Shown here: positions 1 to 10,400 of the stretch, one piece after another
How the letters are laid out: the number at the start of each line of letters is the position of its first letter
How positions within the stretch are numbered: the stretch's first letter is position 1
From: Sulfurospirillaceae bacterium
GTDB taxonomy: Bacteria > Campylobacterota > Campylobacteria > Campylobacterales > Sulfurospirillaceae
Assembly: GCA_033723415.1 (NCBI GenBank)
Contig: JAWVXD010000001.1
Span: forward strand, 320,001-384,000
Reading direction: 5' to 3'
Length of the DNA stretch: 64,000 bases
Notes under the pieces: model-generated
What the model was told of the DNA's origin: nothing
What the model saw: only the letters and a program-made list of their open reading frames with translations
The model's database searches: none
Translations under genes and position numbers: made by a program

Positions 1-655
1 GTAAAAACAATGGCAAGATAACGGCAGACATAAATAGTACTGTAATGAGTGGTACAGCTCTTATAACTTCTATATACGTAACACTTATGCTTTTGATGAT
101 CGGTAGATCTGATTTTCTTCCAAGTGCGAACAAAACCCCAACCGGAAATGAGAAAAGAATACCAACAGCAGACACGACTATAGTCAGCATGAGGCCTCCC
201 CATTTATTATAATTGACACCATCTAAGCCAAAAATGCCGCCTCTTATCAATATATATGCTACTATAAAATATAGTGTTGCGACTGCTATCTTTGGTACAC
301 CGTGTTTGAAGTATTTGAAAGCAGCGATAACTACAACAAACAGTCCATAAGCTAGATTAACTCTCCAACGATCTACTTCAGGATAAAAACCGTACATAAA
401 CATACTTAATTTTACTTTGATAAAAACCCAGCAAGCGCCGCTTCCGGTACAAACATCACTCGTTGTTCCTTTAAAATGTGCATCTACGACCGCCCACTTA
501 ATAAAAGGAGGGATAATAGTCAACAAAAGAGCGATTCCTAGTATTGTAAGAGCAACATTTAACGGAGATGAAAAAAGATTTTCTCTCATCCATAACACGA
601 TGCCTCTAGAACTTAAAGGGGCATCTCTTGTTTCAATTTTTTTATAAACAGCCAC
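1..655 (-). CDS. aapM: General L-amino acid ABC transporter permease (AapM-like), truncated by window start
   Basis: Not in ORF track. Hand translation from GTG at 655 gives MAVYKKIETRDAPLSSRGIVLWMRENLFSS...GACWVFI...YGFYP...RWRVN; lies directly downstream of aapQ. Confidence 0.85.
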   Translation of the reverse strand, partial: MAVYKKIETRDAPLSSRGIVLWMRENLFSSPLNVALTILGIALLLTIIPPFIKWAVVDAHFKGTTSDVCTGSGACWVFIKVKLSMFMYGFYPEVDRWRVNLAYGLFVVVIAAFKYFKHGVPKIAVATLYFIVAYILIRGGIFGLDGVNYNKWGGLMLTIVVSAVGILFSFPVGVLFALGRKSDLPIIKSISVTYIEVIRAVPLITVLFMSAVILPLFL

Positions 656-656
656 T

Positions 657-1811
657 TTATCTTTCCTTAATTTTCATTTTAAAATTTATCCAGTTTAATA
701 AAGCAGATACTACAAGACTTATTACTAGATATACCAACATAGTTATCGCGATGATCTCTATCGCTTGACCGACCTGATTTAGCGTTGTTCCGGCAAAAAC
801 AGTGACAATTTCCGGATATCCTATAGCTGTTGCTAGAGAGGAGTTTTTTAAGATATTTAAATATTGATTTATAGTCGGCGGAATCGCTATCCTGATTGCT
901 TGTGGCAAAATAACTAATTTTAATGCCTGATAGTGAGATAAACCAATCGAAGCTGCTGCTTCTTTTTGTCCTTTGTTGACAGCTTCTATACCACTTCTAA
1001 CCGCTTCAGCTATAAAAGTAGCCGTATAGATTGTCAGTGCAAGCGTTAGTGCAACAAATTCAGGATAAAAATGTTTTCCATCTTGAAAACTAAAACCTTG
1101 TAAATGAGGAAGTGAAAAATTAAAGTTCGCACCACCAAGAAAATATGCTATTATCGGAACAACAATCAACAATCCAACAGCTGTTAAAAGAACAGGAAAT
1201 TCTTCTCCTGTTAATTCTTGTCTTTTATCTGCCCATTTATTTAGGAAAAATGTAAAAACAAGAACAGCAAATATTGAAACCATTATTGTGATAGTTGTCG
1301 AGTTTAGGGAAGGTTGCGGAATATACAATCCACGATTATTTATAAAAATATCACCAAATAATTGAATACTCTGCCGTGGTGAGGGAAGAGATCTGAGAAC
1401 AACGTTGTACCAAAAAAGTATCTGTAATAATACAGGGATGTTTCTAAACATTTCAATATAAGCTAATGAAAGTTTTCGTATCAACCAGTTCTTTGAAAGT
1501 CTAAGAACACCAAGGATCAATCCAAGTATCGTTGCTAGGATCATAGAAACAAAAGTAACTATTAATGTATTTAATAAACCAACGTAAAATACTCTAGCAT
1601 AAGTATCTGAAGGATTATAAGAAATAGGAGAATCATCTATACCAAATCCTGCTGTTCCACCAAAAAAACCAAAACCTGTTCGTATGCCTCTTTGTTCTAT
1701 ATTGTGTGAAGTGTTCGTTCCAATATACCACATAAAAGCTACAACAATTATAACCGTAATAAGTTGAAAGAGATATCCTCTAACCTTTCTATCGCGCAAA
1801 AATGCTAACAT
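657..1811 (-). CDS. aapQ: General L-amino acid ABC transporter permease
   Basis: Hydrophobic; RNIPVLLQ and EAVRSGIEAVNKGQKEAA (EAA loop) motifs; start moved to ATG 1811 (AGGA RBS); ORF track extends to 1853. Confidence 0.9.
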   Translation of the reverse strand: MLAFLRDRKVRGYLFQLITVIIVVAFMWYIGTNTSHNIEQRGIRTGFGFFGGTAGFGIDDSPISYNPSDTYARVFYVGLLNTLIVTFVSMILATILGLILGVLRLSKNWLIRKLSLAYIEMFRNIPVLLQILFWYNVVLRSLPSPRQSIQLFGDIFINNRGLYIPQPSLNSTTITIMVSIFAVLVFTFFLNKWADKRQELTGEEFPVLLTAVGLLIVVPIIAYFLGGANFNFSLPHLQGFSFQDGKHFYPEFVALTLALTIYTATFIAEAVRSGIEAVNKGQKEAAASIGLSHYQALKLVILPQAIRIAIPPTINQYLNILKNSSLATAIGYPEIVTVFAGTTLNQVGQAIEIIAITMLVYLVISLVVSALLNWINFKMKIKER

Positions 1812-1868
1812 TCTATTCCTTTTTCTTGAGTCGGGCAGGAAAATCCTGCCCACAATATAAAAATATTA

Positions 1869-2894
1869 TTATTTGAATGGAGGTGAGTATTGAAGTCCAC
1901 CGTCTTTCCATTGCGCGTTTAGACCTCTTTTGATTTTAAGAGGTGATCCCATACCAACATTTCTGTAGTATGACTCGCCATAGTTTCCTACTTGCTTGAT
2001 GATATTGTAAGCCCAGTCTTTACTTAAGCCTAGATTTTCACCAAGTCTTCCTTCAACACCTAAGATTCTTTTGATAGCAGGATCTTTTGTTGTTGCTTTT
2101 AGCTTATCAACATTTTTGCTAGTAATTCCGTGCTCTTCTGCAGCAACCATAGCATTGTAAGACCATTTTACTATATTAAACCATTTGTCATCACCTTGTC
2201 TAACAACAGGTCCTAAAGGCTCTTTTGAAATGATTTGTGGAAGTATTACAGATCCGCTAGGATTTTTTAGTGTTGTTTGTAATGCATGTAACTGAGAAGA
2301 ATCTGAAGTCATAACATCACATCTACCACTTTCATATCCATTTCTTACTTGTGCAGTAGTATCATAAGAAACTGACTGATACTTCATACCATGTGATGCA
2401 AAATAGCTAGCTAGATTAAGCTCTGTTGTAGTACCTGCTTGTACACATACTGCAGCACCATTTAACTCTAAAGCACTTTTTACGCCAAGAGATTTATGAA
2501 CCATAAATGCTTGTCCATCGTAGAAGTTTACACCGGCAAAATTTAAACCTAAAGAAGAATCTCTAGTTTCTGTCCATGTTGTATTTCTAGAAAGAATGTC
2601 TACTTCACCACTTTGAAGTGCCGTAAATCTTTCTTTTGCTGTTAATGGTGTATATCTTACTTTTGAAGCATCTCCAAGAACAGCTGCTGCAACTGCTCTA
2701 CACACATCAACATCTATTCCACTCCATACACCGGCTGCATTTGCAGATGAGAATCCAGGAAGTCCTGTATTTACACCACATTTTACGAAACCTGCTTTTT
2801 GAACATCACTGAATGTATCAGCTTTGACAACCGAGGCACTTAGCCCCATTACTGCTACTGCAACTAGTGCAACATTAGCAATCTTTGTTTTCAT
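1869..2894 (-). CDS. aapJ: General L-amino acid ABC transporter substrate-binding protein
   Basis: Signal peptide; RFTALQSGEVDILSRNTTWT, SKEPLGP, GNYGE motifs. Confidence 0.92.
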   Translation of the reverse strand: MKTKIANVALVAVAVMGLSASVVKADTFSDVQKAGFVKCGVNTGLPGFSSANAAGVWSGIDVDVCRAVAAAVLGDASKVRYTPLTAKERFTALQSGEVDILSRNTTWTETRDSSLGLNFAGVNFYDGQAFMVHKSLGVKSALELNGAAVCVQAGTTTELNLASYFASHGMKYQSVSYDTTAQVRNGYESGRCDVMTSDSSQLHALQTTLKNPSGSVILPQIISKEPLGPVVRQGDDKWFNIVKWSYNAMVAAEEHGITSKNVDKLKATTKDPAIKRILGVEGRLGENLGLSKDWAYNIIKQVGNYGESYYRNVGMGSPLKIKRGLNAQWKDGGLQYSPPFK

Positions 2895-3082
2895 GAATCT
2901 CCTTCAAAAATAAATTTTAGATTGTGATTATAGTATATGAGCAACAATATAATTTGCTGCCCTAGACTATAACCACACACCTTGCTATTACTGTACCTTC
3001 TTTTTTTTTAACAAATGTTGAAAAAGTGTATTTACTCTAACTTTGTTTTCCCAGATGTTCCTCAAAGTTACAAGAAGAATAT

Positions 3083-3976
3083 TTATTTCTTTTTAATTTT
3101 CCTTGCTGATCTAGAATCCATTGAAAATACGATAAGAGCAAGCCATATCAAAGCAAAAGTCAGGAATTTTTTATGATCAAATGGCTCATGATAAACAAAA
3201 ATTCCAAGTAGAAAAGAGATGCTTGGGGCGATATATTGAGCAAAACCAAGCTTTGTCAGAGATATTCTTGTAGCTGCAGCATTGAACCATAAAAGAGGCA
3301 CCACGGTTATAAACCCGGCACTTATCAAGATCAGTGAAATATAATCAAATGAAAAATCAAATTTATTTTGTGATGTATGCACTAGATATGCAAAGTACAA
3401 AAGTGCAAATGGCAATATAAGCAAGGTCTCTATAAATAATCCTGAAACAGATGGTAGAGAAATTTTTTTTCTAAGCATTCCATAAAATGCAAATAATGAA
3501 GCTAAAGACAAAGATACAAGAGGAATTGAACCAACAGATATCAATTCGTTTAGAATTGCGAGTCCAGCGAGTGCTATGGCTATCTTTTGTAGTTTTGATG
3601 GAATTTCATCAAAAAATATTATGCCAAGAATTATACTGAGAATAGGATTGATATAGTACCCCAAGCTTGCTTCTGTGATCATATTGTGCGAAACAGACCA
3701 TATAAATATTAGCCAATTTGATGAAATCAATACAGAAGTGATCATGAGAATTTTTAGTTTATGCCAATCCTTCAAAATTAACTTGACCTGCGCTGATTGT
3801 TTGCTGTATACGATCAGTATTGAAAGAAAAACAACCGACCAAAAAATTCTGTGCACCAAAACTTCAGATGCTAGTACGGAGCTTGTAAGCTTAAAATAAA
3901 TAGGCACAAGACCCCAAAAAATAAATGCAGCCAGTGCGTATAATATACCTTTTCCCTCTTCATTAGCAGTTTGCAA
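3083..3976 (-). CDS. rarD: RarD / EamA-family transporter
   Basis: WGLVPIYFK, EASLGYYINP, QYIAPS motifs; likely TTG start at 3976 after AAGGA (ORF track start 4003). Confidence 0.88.
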   Translation of the reverse strand: MQTANEEGKGILYALAAFIFWGLVPIYFKLTSSVLASEVLVHRIFWSVVFLSILIVYSKQSAQVKLILKDWHKLKILMITSVLISSNWLIFIWSVSHNMITEASLGYYINPILSIILGIIFFDEIPSKLQKIAIALAGLAILNELISVGSIPLVSLSLASLFAFYGMLRKKISLPSVSGLFIETLLILPFALLYFAYLVHTSQNKFDFSFDYISLILISAGFITVVPLLWFNAAATRISLTKLGFAQYIAPSISFLLGIFVYHEPFDHKKFLTFALIWLALIVFSMDSRSARKIKKK

Positions 3977-4080
3977 AGAAATCCTTAAAATTTTTTTGGA
4001 CATTTTACTATTGTTTTCTTAATTCTAAAGTTTAAAACTGTATAATGCAAACACTAAATTGAAGTAGAGGTAAATTGATT

Positions 4081-5451
4081 ATGGAAGAATGGAATAAAAC
4101 TTCTTGGAGAAATAAAAATATCAAGCAACAGCCGACTTATCCAGATAAAGCCGAGTTAGAGAGAGTTGAAAAAGAATTAAGCAAATTTCCTCCTCTTGTT
4201 TTTGCAGGAGAAGTAAAAAATCTTAAAAACGAATTAGCTAGAGTCTGTGATGGAAAAGCATTCCTGTTACAAGGAGGAGACTGTGCTGAAAGTTTTGCTG
4301 AATTTAATGCTGACAACATAAGAGATATGTTTAAGGTCATGATGCAAATGGCAGTAGTACTGACTTTTGCAGGAGGATGCCCTGTTGTTAAAGTCGGAAG
4401 ATTAGCAGGTCAATTTGCAAAGCCTAGATCAAGTGATTTTGAAGAAGTGGAGGGTGTAAAATTACCTAGTTATAGAGGAGATATCATCAATGACAATGAC
4501 TTTAACGAAGCTTCCAGAATTCCTGACCCTAGCCGGATGATCAAAGCCTATAATCAATCTGCTGCGACTATGAATTTACTTCGAGCATTTGCTAGAGGCG
4601 GTTTGGCAGATCTTCATAAGGTTCATAAATGGAACCTTGGATTCGTAAAAGACAATGCTCTTGGCGGCAAATACGAAGCATTAGCGCATAAGATCACAGA
4701 AACTTTAGAGTTCATGGAAGCATGTGGAATTACTTCTGAAAATACACCTATGATCAATGAAACCGTACTTTATACCTCACATGAAGCTTTACTTTTAAAC
4801 AGTGAAGAAGCACTGACAAGACAAGATAGTCTCAGCGGCGATTGGGTTGACTGCTCCGCGCATATGCTTTGGATCGGTGATAGAACACGTGATGTCAATG
4901 ACGCTCATGTCGAATTTCTAAGAGGCGTTATCAATCCTGTCGGTATCAAAGCAGGTCCAAGTATCACACCGGATGAACTTTTGGCTTTGATCGAGCGATT
5001 AAATCCAAACAACGAAGCAGGACGCATAAATATCATCATCAGAATGGGTGCCGATAAGATAGAATCTGAACTTCCAAAACTGATCCGTGCTGTAAAAGAG
5101 AGCGGTAAAAAAGTCATCTGGAGTATTGATCCTATGCATGGCAATACGATCAAAGCTTCAAATAACTACAAAACACGAATATTTGATGAAATCTTGCGTG
5201 AAGTAAAAGGTTTCTTTAAAGTTCACAAACAAGAAGGCACATTCCCTGGAGGCGTGCACCTTGAAATGACGGGACAAGATGTCACAGAATGTGTCGGTGG
5301 TGTTGCAGATGTCACAGAAGATACTCTGAGTTCAAGATACAATACCAACTGTGACCCAAGACTAAATGCAGATCAAGCACTGGAATTAGCATTTTTGATA
5401 GCCGAATCGCTAAAAGAAGCAAAAGATAGAATGAAAACACAAAAAAGTTAA
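4081..5451 (+). CDS. aroG: Class II DAHP synthase
   Basis: [46 protein letters not shown] motifs. Confidence 0.95.
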   Translation: MEEWNKTSWRNKNIKQQPTYPDKAELERVEKELSKFPPLVFAGEVKNLKNELARVCDGKAFLLQGGDCAESFAEFNADNIRDMFKVMMQMAVVLTFAGGCPVVKVGRLAGQFAKPRSSDFEEVEGVKLPSYRGDIINDNDFNEASRIPDPSRMIKAYNQSAATMNLLRAFARGGLADLHKVHKWNLGFVKDNALGGKYEALAHKITETLEFMEACGITSENTPMINETVLYTSHEALLLNSEEALTRQDSLSGDWVDCSAHMLWIGDRTRDVNDAHVEFLRGVINPVGIKAGPSITPDELLALIERLNPNNEAGRINIIIRMGADKIESELPKLIRAVKESGKKVIWSIDPMHGNTIKASNNYKTRIFDEILREVKGFFKVHKQEGTFPGGVHLEMTGQDVTECVGGVADVTEDTLSSRYNTNCDPRLNADQALELAFLIAESLKEAKDRMKTQKS

Positions 5452-5468
5452 TTTTTCTACAAGATAGC

Positions 5469-5504
5469 GGGATATGTTCACATTAGAGATCGTGAACATA
5501 TCCC
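5469..5504. terminator. Stem-loop after DAHP synthase gene (putative terminator), left edge of accessory block
   Basis: Perfect 13-bp inverted repeat GGGATATGTTCAC-N10-GTGAACATATCCC. Confidence 0.6.
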
Positions 5505-5544
5505 AAAAACTACTTTACGAGCAGTGATAGGAGCTTTGCCCTAT

Positions 5545-6510
5545 ATGAAAAGATTTTTTTTGGCGATTGTTATATTGTCAGGCATTTTATTTGCAAGCGA
5601 TCATTACCCCTCAAAGCCCATCAATTTTGTCGTTGGATTAGGCAAAGGAGGTAGTGCTGATCGTATGGCCCGCAATATGGGTATTTTTCTAGAACAAGAA
5701 CTCCATACGCCGATTCATATCATCAATAAAAGTAACAATGCCTCTTTAGATGCTGCCAATTATGTTTTATCGCAACCACCTGATGGTTATACGGTTTTTG
5801 TTTCTTCCTTTTCTCCATACCTTATCAATACAATTGTGACCGGCAAAGCTAGGTATTCGTTGGATGATTTTGCATTTATCAATTTGCAATGGTTTGACTA
5901 TGATCTGTTCTTGGTTGACAAAAATTCTAAGATCAAATCAATTATGGGACTGATTCATCAAATCAAAGAACATCCGGGATCTATCAGAGTTGCAGTTGTA
6001 TATCAATCAAGCGGTCATTTGATCATGAAATTATTGCTAAAAACATTTAAAATACCTCTGAGCAGTATTAGATTTGAATTTTTTAAAGGAGGCAAGCTGG
6101 CACGAGAAGCATTATTGAAGTCTAAAGCTGATTTACTAGTGATTTCAGCACAAGGCAGTGAGCGATATAGGAAAGAGATCAAACCTTTAGCAATCGTATC
6201 AAACAAAAAATCTAGAAGATGGGATGCTCCGACACTAAATCATGCCATATCAAAAAGCTATATGCATATTCCAGTGCTCAATGGACCAATCAAAGGGTTT
6301 GCAGTCTCTAAAAAATTCAAAAAAAAGTATCCAAAAAGATACTTGATATTAGAAAATGCTATCAAAAAAGTATTGGCTGAAGTTAGAGTTCAAAAAATGT
6401 TAAAAGAGAAACATATCGGATCAGTTTGGATAGGAAGCAGAACATCTACGAAAATATTAAAAGATCAGTATGACTTTTTTGAGAAGCATAAGGATCTTTT
6501 AAAAGATTAA
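5545..6510 (+). CDS. Tripartite tricarboxylate transporter substrate-binding protein (TctC/Bug family)
   Basis: Signal peptide then YPSKPINFVVG..GGSADRMAR and PPDGYTV motifs; ATG 5545 after GGAG. Confidence 0.8.
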   Translation: MKRFFLAIVILSGILFASDHYPSKPINFVVGLGKGGSADRMARNMGIFLEQELHTPIHIINKSNNASLDAANYVLSQPPDGYTVFVSSFSPYLINTIVTGKARYSLDDFAFINLQWFDYDLFLVDKNSKIKSIMGLIHQIKEHPGSIRVAVVYQSSGHLIMKLLLKTFKIPLSSIRFEFFKGGKLAREALLKSKADLLVISAQGSERYRKEIKPLAIVSNKKSRRWDAPTLNHAISKSYMHIPVLNGPIKGFAVSKKFKKKYPKRYLILENAIKKVLAEVRVQKMLKEKHIGSVWIGSRTSTKILKDQYDFFEKHKDLLKD

Positions 6511-6512
6511 AT

Positions 6513-7883
6513 TTAACTTTCGGGGTATGGAAATATGATAGAAATCTTTAGTCCATTGTCATTGCTTGCCAAAACTTCTGCATTATGCAGTATTGCTATT
6601 TGTTTGACTATGCTGAGTCCCAAACCGGAACCGTTTTTCTTTAAATCCACTCTATAATATCTCTGGAAAATATTTTCCAAGAGCTCTTCTTTGACACCTT
6701 TTCCTTCATCTTTGACGTTTAGCCAAATCGCGTTGTTATGTCTTTGTATAGAAAGTGTGATTTTCCCCATTGGATTGCCGTTTTTATCAACAGCATAATG
6801 TAAGGAATTGTTGATAATATTGTCAAGCATACTCTCTAATATAATAGGATCTGTTTTTATAAATACTTTTTCATCTAAATCTTCAAATTCAAATTCAAAA
6901 CCTTTATGATATATTCTTGGCGCAGTTTTAACGCAATAATCTTTACAAATTTGATTTAAATTTGCCTTTTTAAGTCTTGTCAGATTGATCGTATTAGGGT
7001 TTGTCTTCGCGTAAAGCAGAAGCTGCTCGATAATATGTGACATATCATTGATGTGTGCGTTTAAAACGATGTACTTTTGATCTTTCTTTTCAAAAAATTC
7101 TTCAAGCTCCATTTTCATCTCAGCCAAAGGAGTTCTTAGTTGATGCGAGACATCAGAGTTAAACTGCTCTATATATTCGATATTATCTCTGCTTCGCTCT
7201 AGCAAAATATTGATGCTGTTAACCACATCCTCGATCTCTTTTGGAGCTTGAAATTCGAAAGGAGTCAAGTCTCGTTTGTCTCTTTGGCGGATACTTCTTT
7301 TGAGTGATACCAACGGTTTTAATCCGACATTGACTGCAATCAATGTGATGATAATAGTAAAGAGCGAAACCAAGCTCATGATGATTAAAGTTGTATTGAT
7401 AAGTTCTCTGATGTTTTCCGCCCGCTCATAATAACTCTCTGCGATCGAGATGTATGCGGTGTACACTTTCCCGGAGCTATTGATAGTGGTTTTGTACGAG
7501 ACGACTCTTAACTTTTCACCGTCATATATCTTGTCATAAAATCTTTTATTTTGTTTTGCTAAAAGATTTTTATTGAATAAAAATTGATACCCGATCAATA
7601 GATCACCTTTATCATCGACTACCGAATAATACATTAAACCGTTTTTTGTCGGTGAAAGATAATCAATCGAGAAATTTTGAAAATCAATAATCAGTTTTCC
7701 ATTTTCTACACCGATGTAGTCTTCTATACTTTGGGCAGATGCAAAGAGTCTATTGTCAAAAAAAGTGTTGACCTTAGCTCTTAGAAAGCTGTTGATATAG
7801 ATGAAAAGAAAAAAAGAAAAAAGGCTCAGCGGAACGATAAGCCATAAAATTAGACGTGATTTGACAGAAGGTGCTTGTACCAT
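6513..7883 (-). CDS. tctE: Sensor histidine kinase, TctE-like
   Basis: Two TM helices, FDNRLFASA (2CSK_N-like), DVSHQLRTPLA H-box, NIINNSLHY, DEGKG, GSGLGLSIV. Confidence 0.8.
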   Translation of the reverse strand: MVQAPSVKSRLILWLIVPLSLFSFFLFIYINSFLRAKVNTFFDNRLFASAQSIEDYIGVENGKLIIDFQNFSIDYLSPTKNGLMYYSVVDDKGDLLIGYQFLFNKNLLAKQNKRFYDKIYDGEKLRVVSYKTTINSSGKVYTAYISIAESYYERAENIRELINTTLIIMSLVSLFTIIITLIAVNVGLKPLVSLKRSIRQRDKRDLTPFEFQAPKEIEDVVNSINILLERSRDNIEYIEQFNSDVSHQLRTPLAEMKMELEEFFEKKDQKYIVLNAHINDMSHIIEQLLLYAKTNPNTINLTRLKKANLNQICKDYCVKTAPRIYHKGFEFEFEDLDEKVFIKTDPIILESMLDNIINNSLHYAVDKNGNPMGKITLSIQRHNNAIWLNVKDEGKGVKEELLENIFQRYYRVDLKKNGSGLGLSIVKQIAILHNAEVLASNDNGLKISIIFPYPES

Positions 7884-7884
7884 A

Positions 7885-8541
7885 TTAGTTCATTATGTAA
7901 CCTAATCCACGGACTGTTTTTATATTGATAGAAGAACCTAGTTTTTTTCTCAATCTAGAAATATAAGTTTCAACAGCTGTAGGATTAAAATCATCATCAA
8001 TTGTAGTGATATGTTCCACTATATTTTCTTTGCTGACTATTGCATTTTGATTTTGTAGTAGGTATTCAAATATTTTTAATTCTCTTTTGCTAAGTTCGAT
8101 GATAGCTTCATTTTTTGTTAATATGAAAGTATTGGTATCATATACCAAATCGTTGTATTTGATCGTGTGTGTTAGGTTGTTTTTACTACGTCTAAGCAAG
8201 GCATGGACTCTGGCGATGACTTCTTCCATCTCAAATGGTTTACATAGATAATCATCCGCTCCGGTATCTAAGCCTAATATCCTTTGATCTAGTTGGTCTC
8301 GAGCCGAAATCACGAGAATCGGCAAATTTCGCTGTGATTTTCGCAGCTTCTTGATAACATCAATACCATCAATGATAGGTAACCCCAAATCCAAGATCAA
8401 TAAGTCATAAGTCGTCATCTCTAAGGCATAAAGACCAGCCTCTCCATCGCCAAAAAGATCCACTAAGAAACCGATCTCTTTTAGCTTTTTATAGATACCG
8501 TTTGCGAGCGTTTCGTTGTCTTCGATTAGTAATATTTTCAT
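7885..8541 (-). CDS. tctD: OmpR-family response regulator, TctD-like
   Basis: ILDLGLP, GADDYLCKPF, YISRLRKKL, TVRGLGY; paired with the kinase. Confidence 0.8.
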   Translation of the reverse strand: MKILLIEDNETLANGIYKKLKEIGFLVDLFGDGEAGLYALEMTTYDLLILDLGLPIIDGIDVIKKLRKSQRNLPILVISARDQLDQRILGLDTGADDYLCKPFEMEEVIARVHALLRRSKNNLTHTIKYNDLVYDTNTFILTKNEAIIELSKRELKIFEYLLQNQNAIVSKENIVEHITTIDDDFNPTAVETYISRLRKKLGSSINIKTVRGLGYIMN

Positions 8542-8802
8542 GTTTGAATTATATCATAAAATTTCGCAGCGATATTCTTTAGTTTGTTACGATTTTACTT
8601 CATTTTTATGATTTTTAAATAGAAGAAATATAATGCAAGTTTGATGACAGATTTCAATGCTACGATGATTTTCAAGAGAACAAATAACTTTGCATATGAG
8701 ATTTAAAATCAAGAAACCGGTGATGAGGAGAACCGGTTAAAGCAAAATTTCAAAAATGCAAAAATCAGTGTTTCTTACTAAAAAATTCAAAGGAGAATTG
8801 AG

Positions 8803-9783
8803 ATGAAATTTTTTAAATCCGTTGCAATTTTTGCAATGTCCTCATGTTTTTTGATGAGCGCAAGTTATGGCTCTCAAATCAATATTACATTCCCACTACA
8901 TGTGGCACCTAAAAATGCTAGAACAGTAATGCTCAAAGATTATGTTGACCAAGTCAGTAAGTTTTCAGGCGGAAGGATTAAAGTCACACTCTATCCGGGA
9001 GATCAACTTTATAATACCGCATCAGGACTTAGAGCATTAACACAAGGTTCAGTTCAAATGATGGAGGCCCCAAACGGTGCGTATTTAGCGTATGATAAAA
9101 TATTTAATCTTATAGAAATTCCATTTGTTTTTAACAATAGTCAAAAATACTACAACTTTTTATACGGAGCACCCGGTGAAAAAATACTAAAAAGTCTTGA
9201 AAAAAGTAATATGCACGGTATCACTTTTGCAGATGAAGGTCCTATGATCATCGCGACCAAAGATAGACTTCTTGCAATTCCATCAGATTTTAAAGGCTTA
9301 GTGGTTCGTACATCTGGACATAAACTGGTCGAAGATTCTCTTAGATTACTTGGTGCATCAACCACTAAAATGTCACTTAGCGAAGTTTACTCAGCAGCAC
9401 AACAAAATGTTATCAATGCGGTTTATACAACGATCAGTGCCTATAAAGCACAGCATTTATATGAAGTTATGCCTTATGTAACATTATGGCCGGGTCGTGG
9501 TGCGTATGTTTGGGTTACTTCCGATAAATTGTGGAATAGTCTTGATGCGTATGATAAACACACGATCAGCACAGCTGCAAAACAAGCAGCACTAGAGTAT
9601 GATTATCATGCTTGGCACAATAAAGACAAAGATATTGCCGAGCTTTCTAAAAAAGGTGTGAAATATCATGAATTGACAGAGAGCGAACTCAAAACGATAC
9701 ACTCCAAAATCATGCCGCTTTACAACGACTTGAAGAAAAAATTCGGTTCAGAAATTATCGACAGTATAGTTTCCGGAAAATAA
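8803..9783 (+). CDS. dctP: TRAP transporter substrate-binding protein
   Basis: Signal peptide; LYPGDQL, IPFVF, DFKGLVVR, LSEVYSAAQQNVI; followed by Q and M subunits. Confidence 0.88.
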   Translation: MKFFKSVAIFAMSSCFLMSASYGSQINITFPLHVAPKNARTVMLKDYVDQVSKFSGGRIKVTLYPGDQLYNTASGLRALTQGSVQMMEAPNGAYLAYDKIFNLIEIPFVFNNSQKYYNFLYGAPGEKILKSLEKSNMHGITFADEGPMIIATKDRLLAIPSDFKGLVVRTSGHKLVEDSLRLLGASTTKMSLSEVYSAAQQNVINAVYTTISAYKAQHLYEVMPYVTLWPGRGAYVWVTSDKLWNSLDAYDKHTISTAAKQAALEYDYHAWHNKDKDIAELSKKGVKYHELTESELKTIHSKIMPLYNDLKKKFGSEIIDSIVSGK

Positions 9784-9792
9784 TAATCAATC

Positions 9793-9827
9793 TATCTTGA
9801 CTGGACATTATGGTTTCAGTCAAGATA
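9793..9827 (+). other. Intercistronic stem-loop between dctP and dctQ (likely mRNA-stabilising or attenuating hairpin)
   Basis: Perfect 11-bp inverted repeat TATCTTGACTG-N13-CAGTCAAGATA. Confidence 0.6.
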
Positions 9828-9862
9828 ATCTTAATATCAAAATTACAATAGGAGCGCCGTTT

Positions 9863-10396
9863 ATGATTGCAACAAAAAAACAAGTTGAAAATTCTATTTT
9901 GGGTAAATTATTGAGTTTCAACCTCAAAATAGCAAGTTTAGAATTAAGGCTAGCAAGCATCATGATTGTGATTGCAAGTTGCTTATCACTATATACTATT
10001 ATTGTTCGAAATTCCGGGCATAGTACTGCTGATTGGACTGTTGATTTACCTATTGCTCTTGTTAGCTGGGCTATCTTCATAGGCAGTGGTGCCAATTTTG
10101 TTTACAAGAGTCATATCAACACCGATTTTTTTTTAGAAAAATTGCCTTTTAAATTGAAAAAAACGATTTTGATCTTTGTTAATTTTGTATTGCTTGGTAT
10201 GTTTATCTTTATCGTACATTACAGTATCATCGCAACGGAATTGTTTATAAAAACAGGAAATAGACTATATGAGATGTTTAACACACCTGTATATATTGTG
10301 TTTCTGATTTTGCCGATCAGTGTGGTCATATGGTGCGTACACGTTTTGATAGACATTGTAGATATTTATTGTTCAACTGAAAAAGAGGGAGCTTAG
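9863..10396 (+). CDS. dctQ: TRAP transporter small permease
   Basis: About 4 TM segments, W..FIG...HINTDF motif; ATG 9863 after AGGAG. Confidence 0.85.
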   Translation: MIATKKQVENSILGKLLSFNLKIASLELRLASIMIVIASCLSLYTIIVRNSGHSTADWTVDLPIALVSWAIFIGSGANFVYKSHINTDFFLEKLPFKLKKTILIFVNFVLLGMFIFIVHYSIIATELFIKTGNRLYEMFNTPVYIVFLILPISVVIWCVHVLIDIVDIYCSTEKEGA

Positions 10397-10400
10397 TATT

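Noticed and set aside
3001..3009. Poly-T run as a phase-variation tract
   Set aside because: Intergenic T9 in AT-rich DNA; Campylobacter-type phase variation mostly uses poly-G/C tracts and none was seen.
4025..4062. AAAGTTTAAAACTGTATAATGCAAAC as a difH (XerH) site
   Set aside because: Only partial resemblance and the inverted symmetry is missing; better explained as the TATAAT promoter of the DAHP synthase gene.
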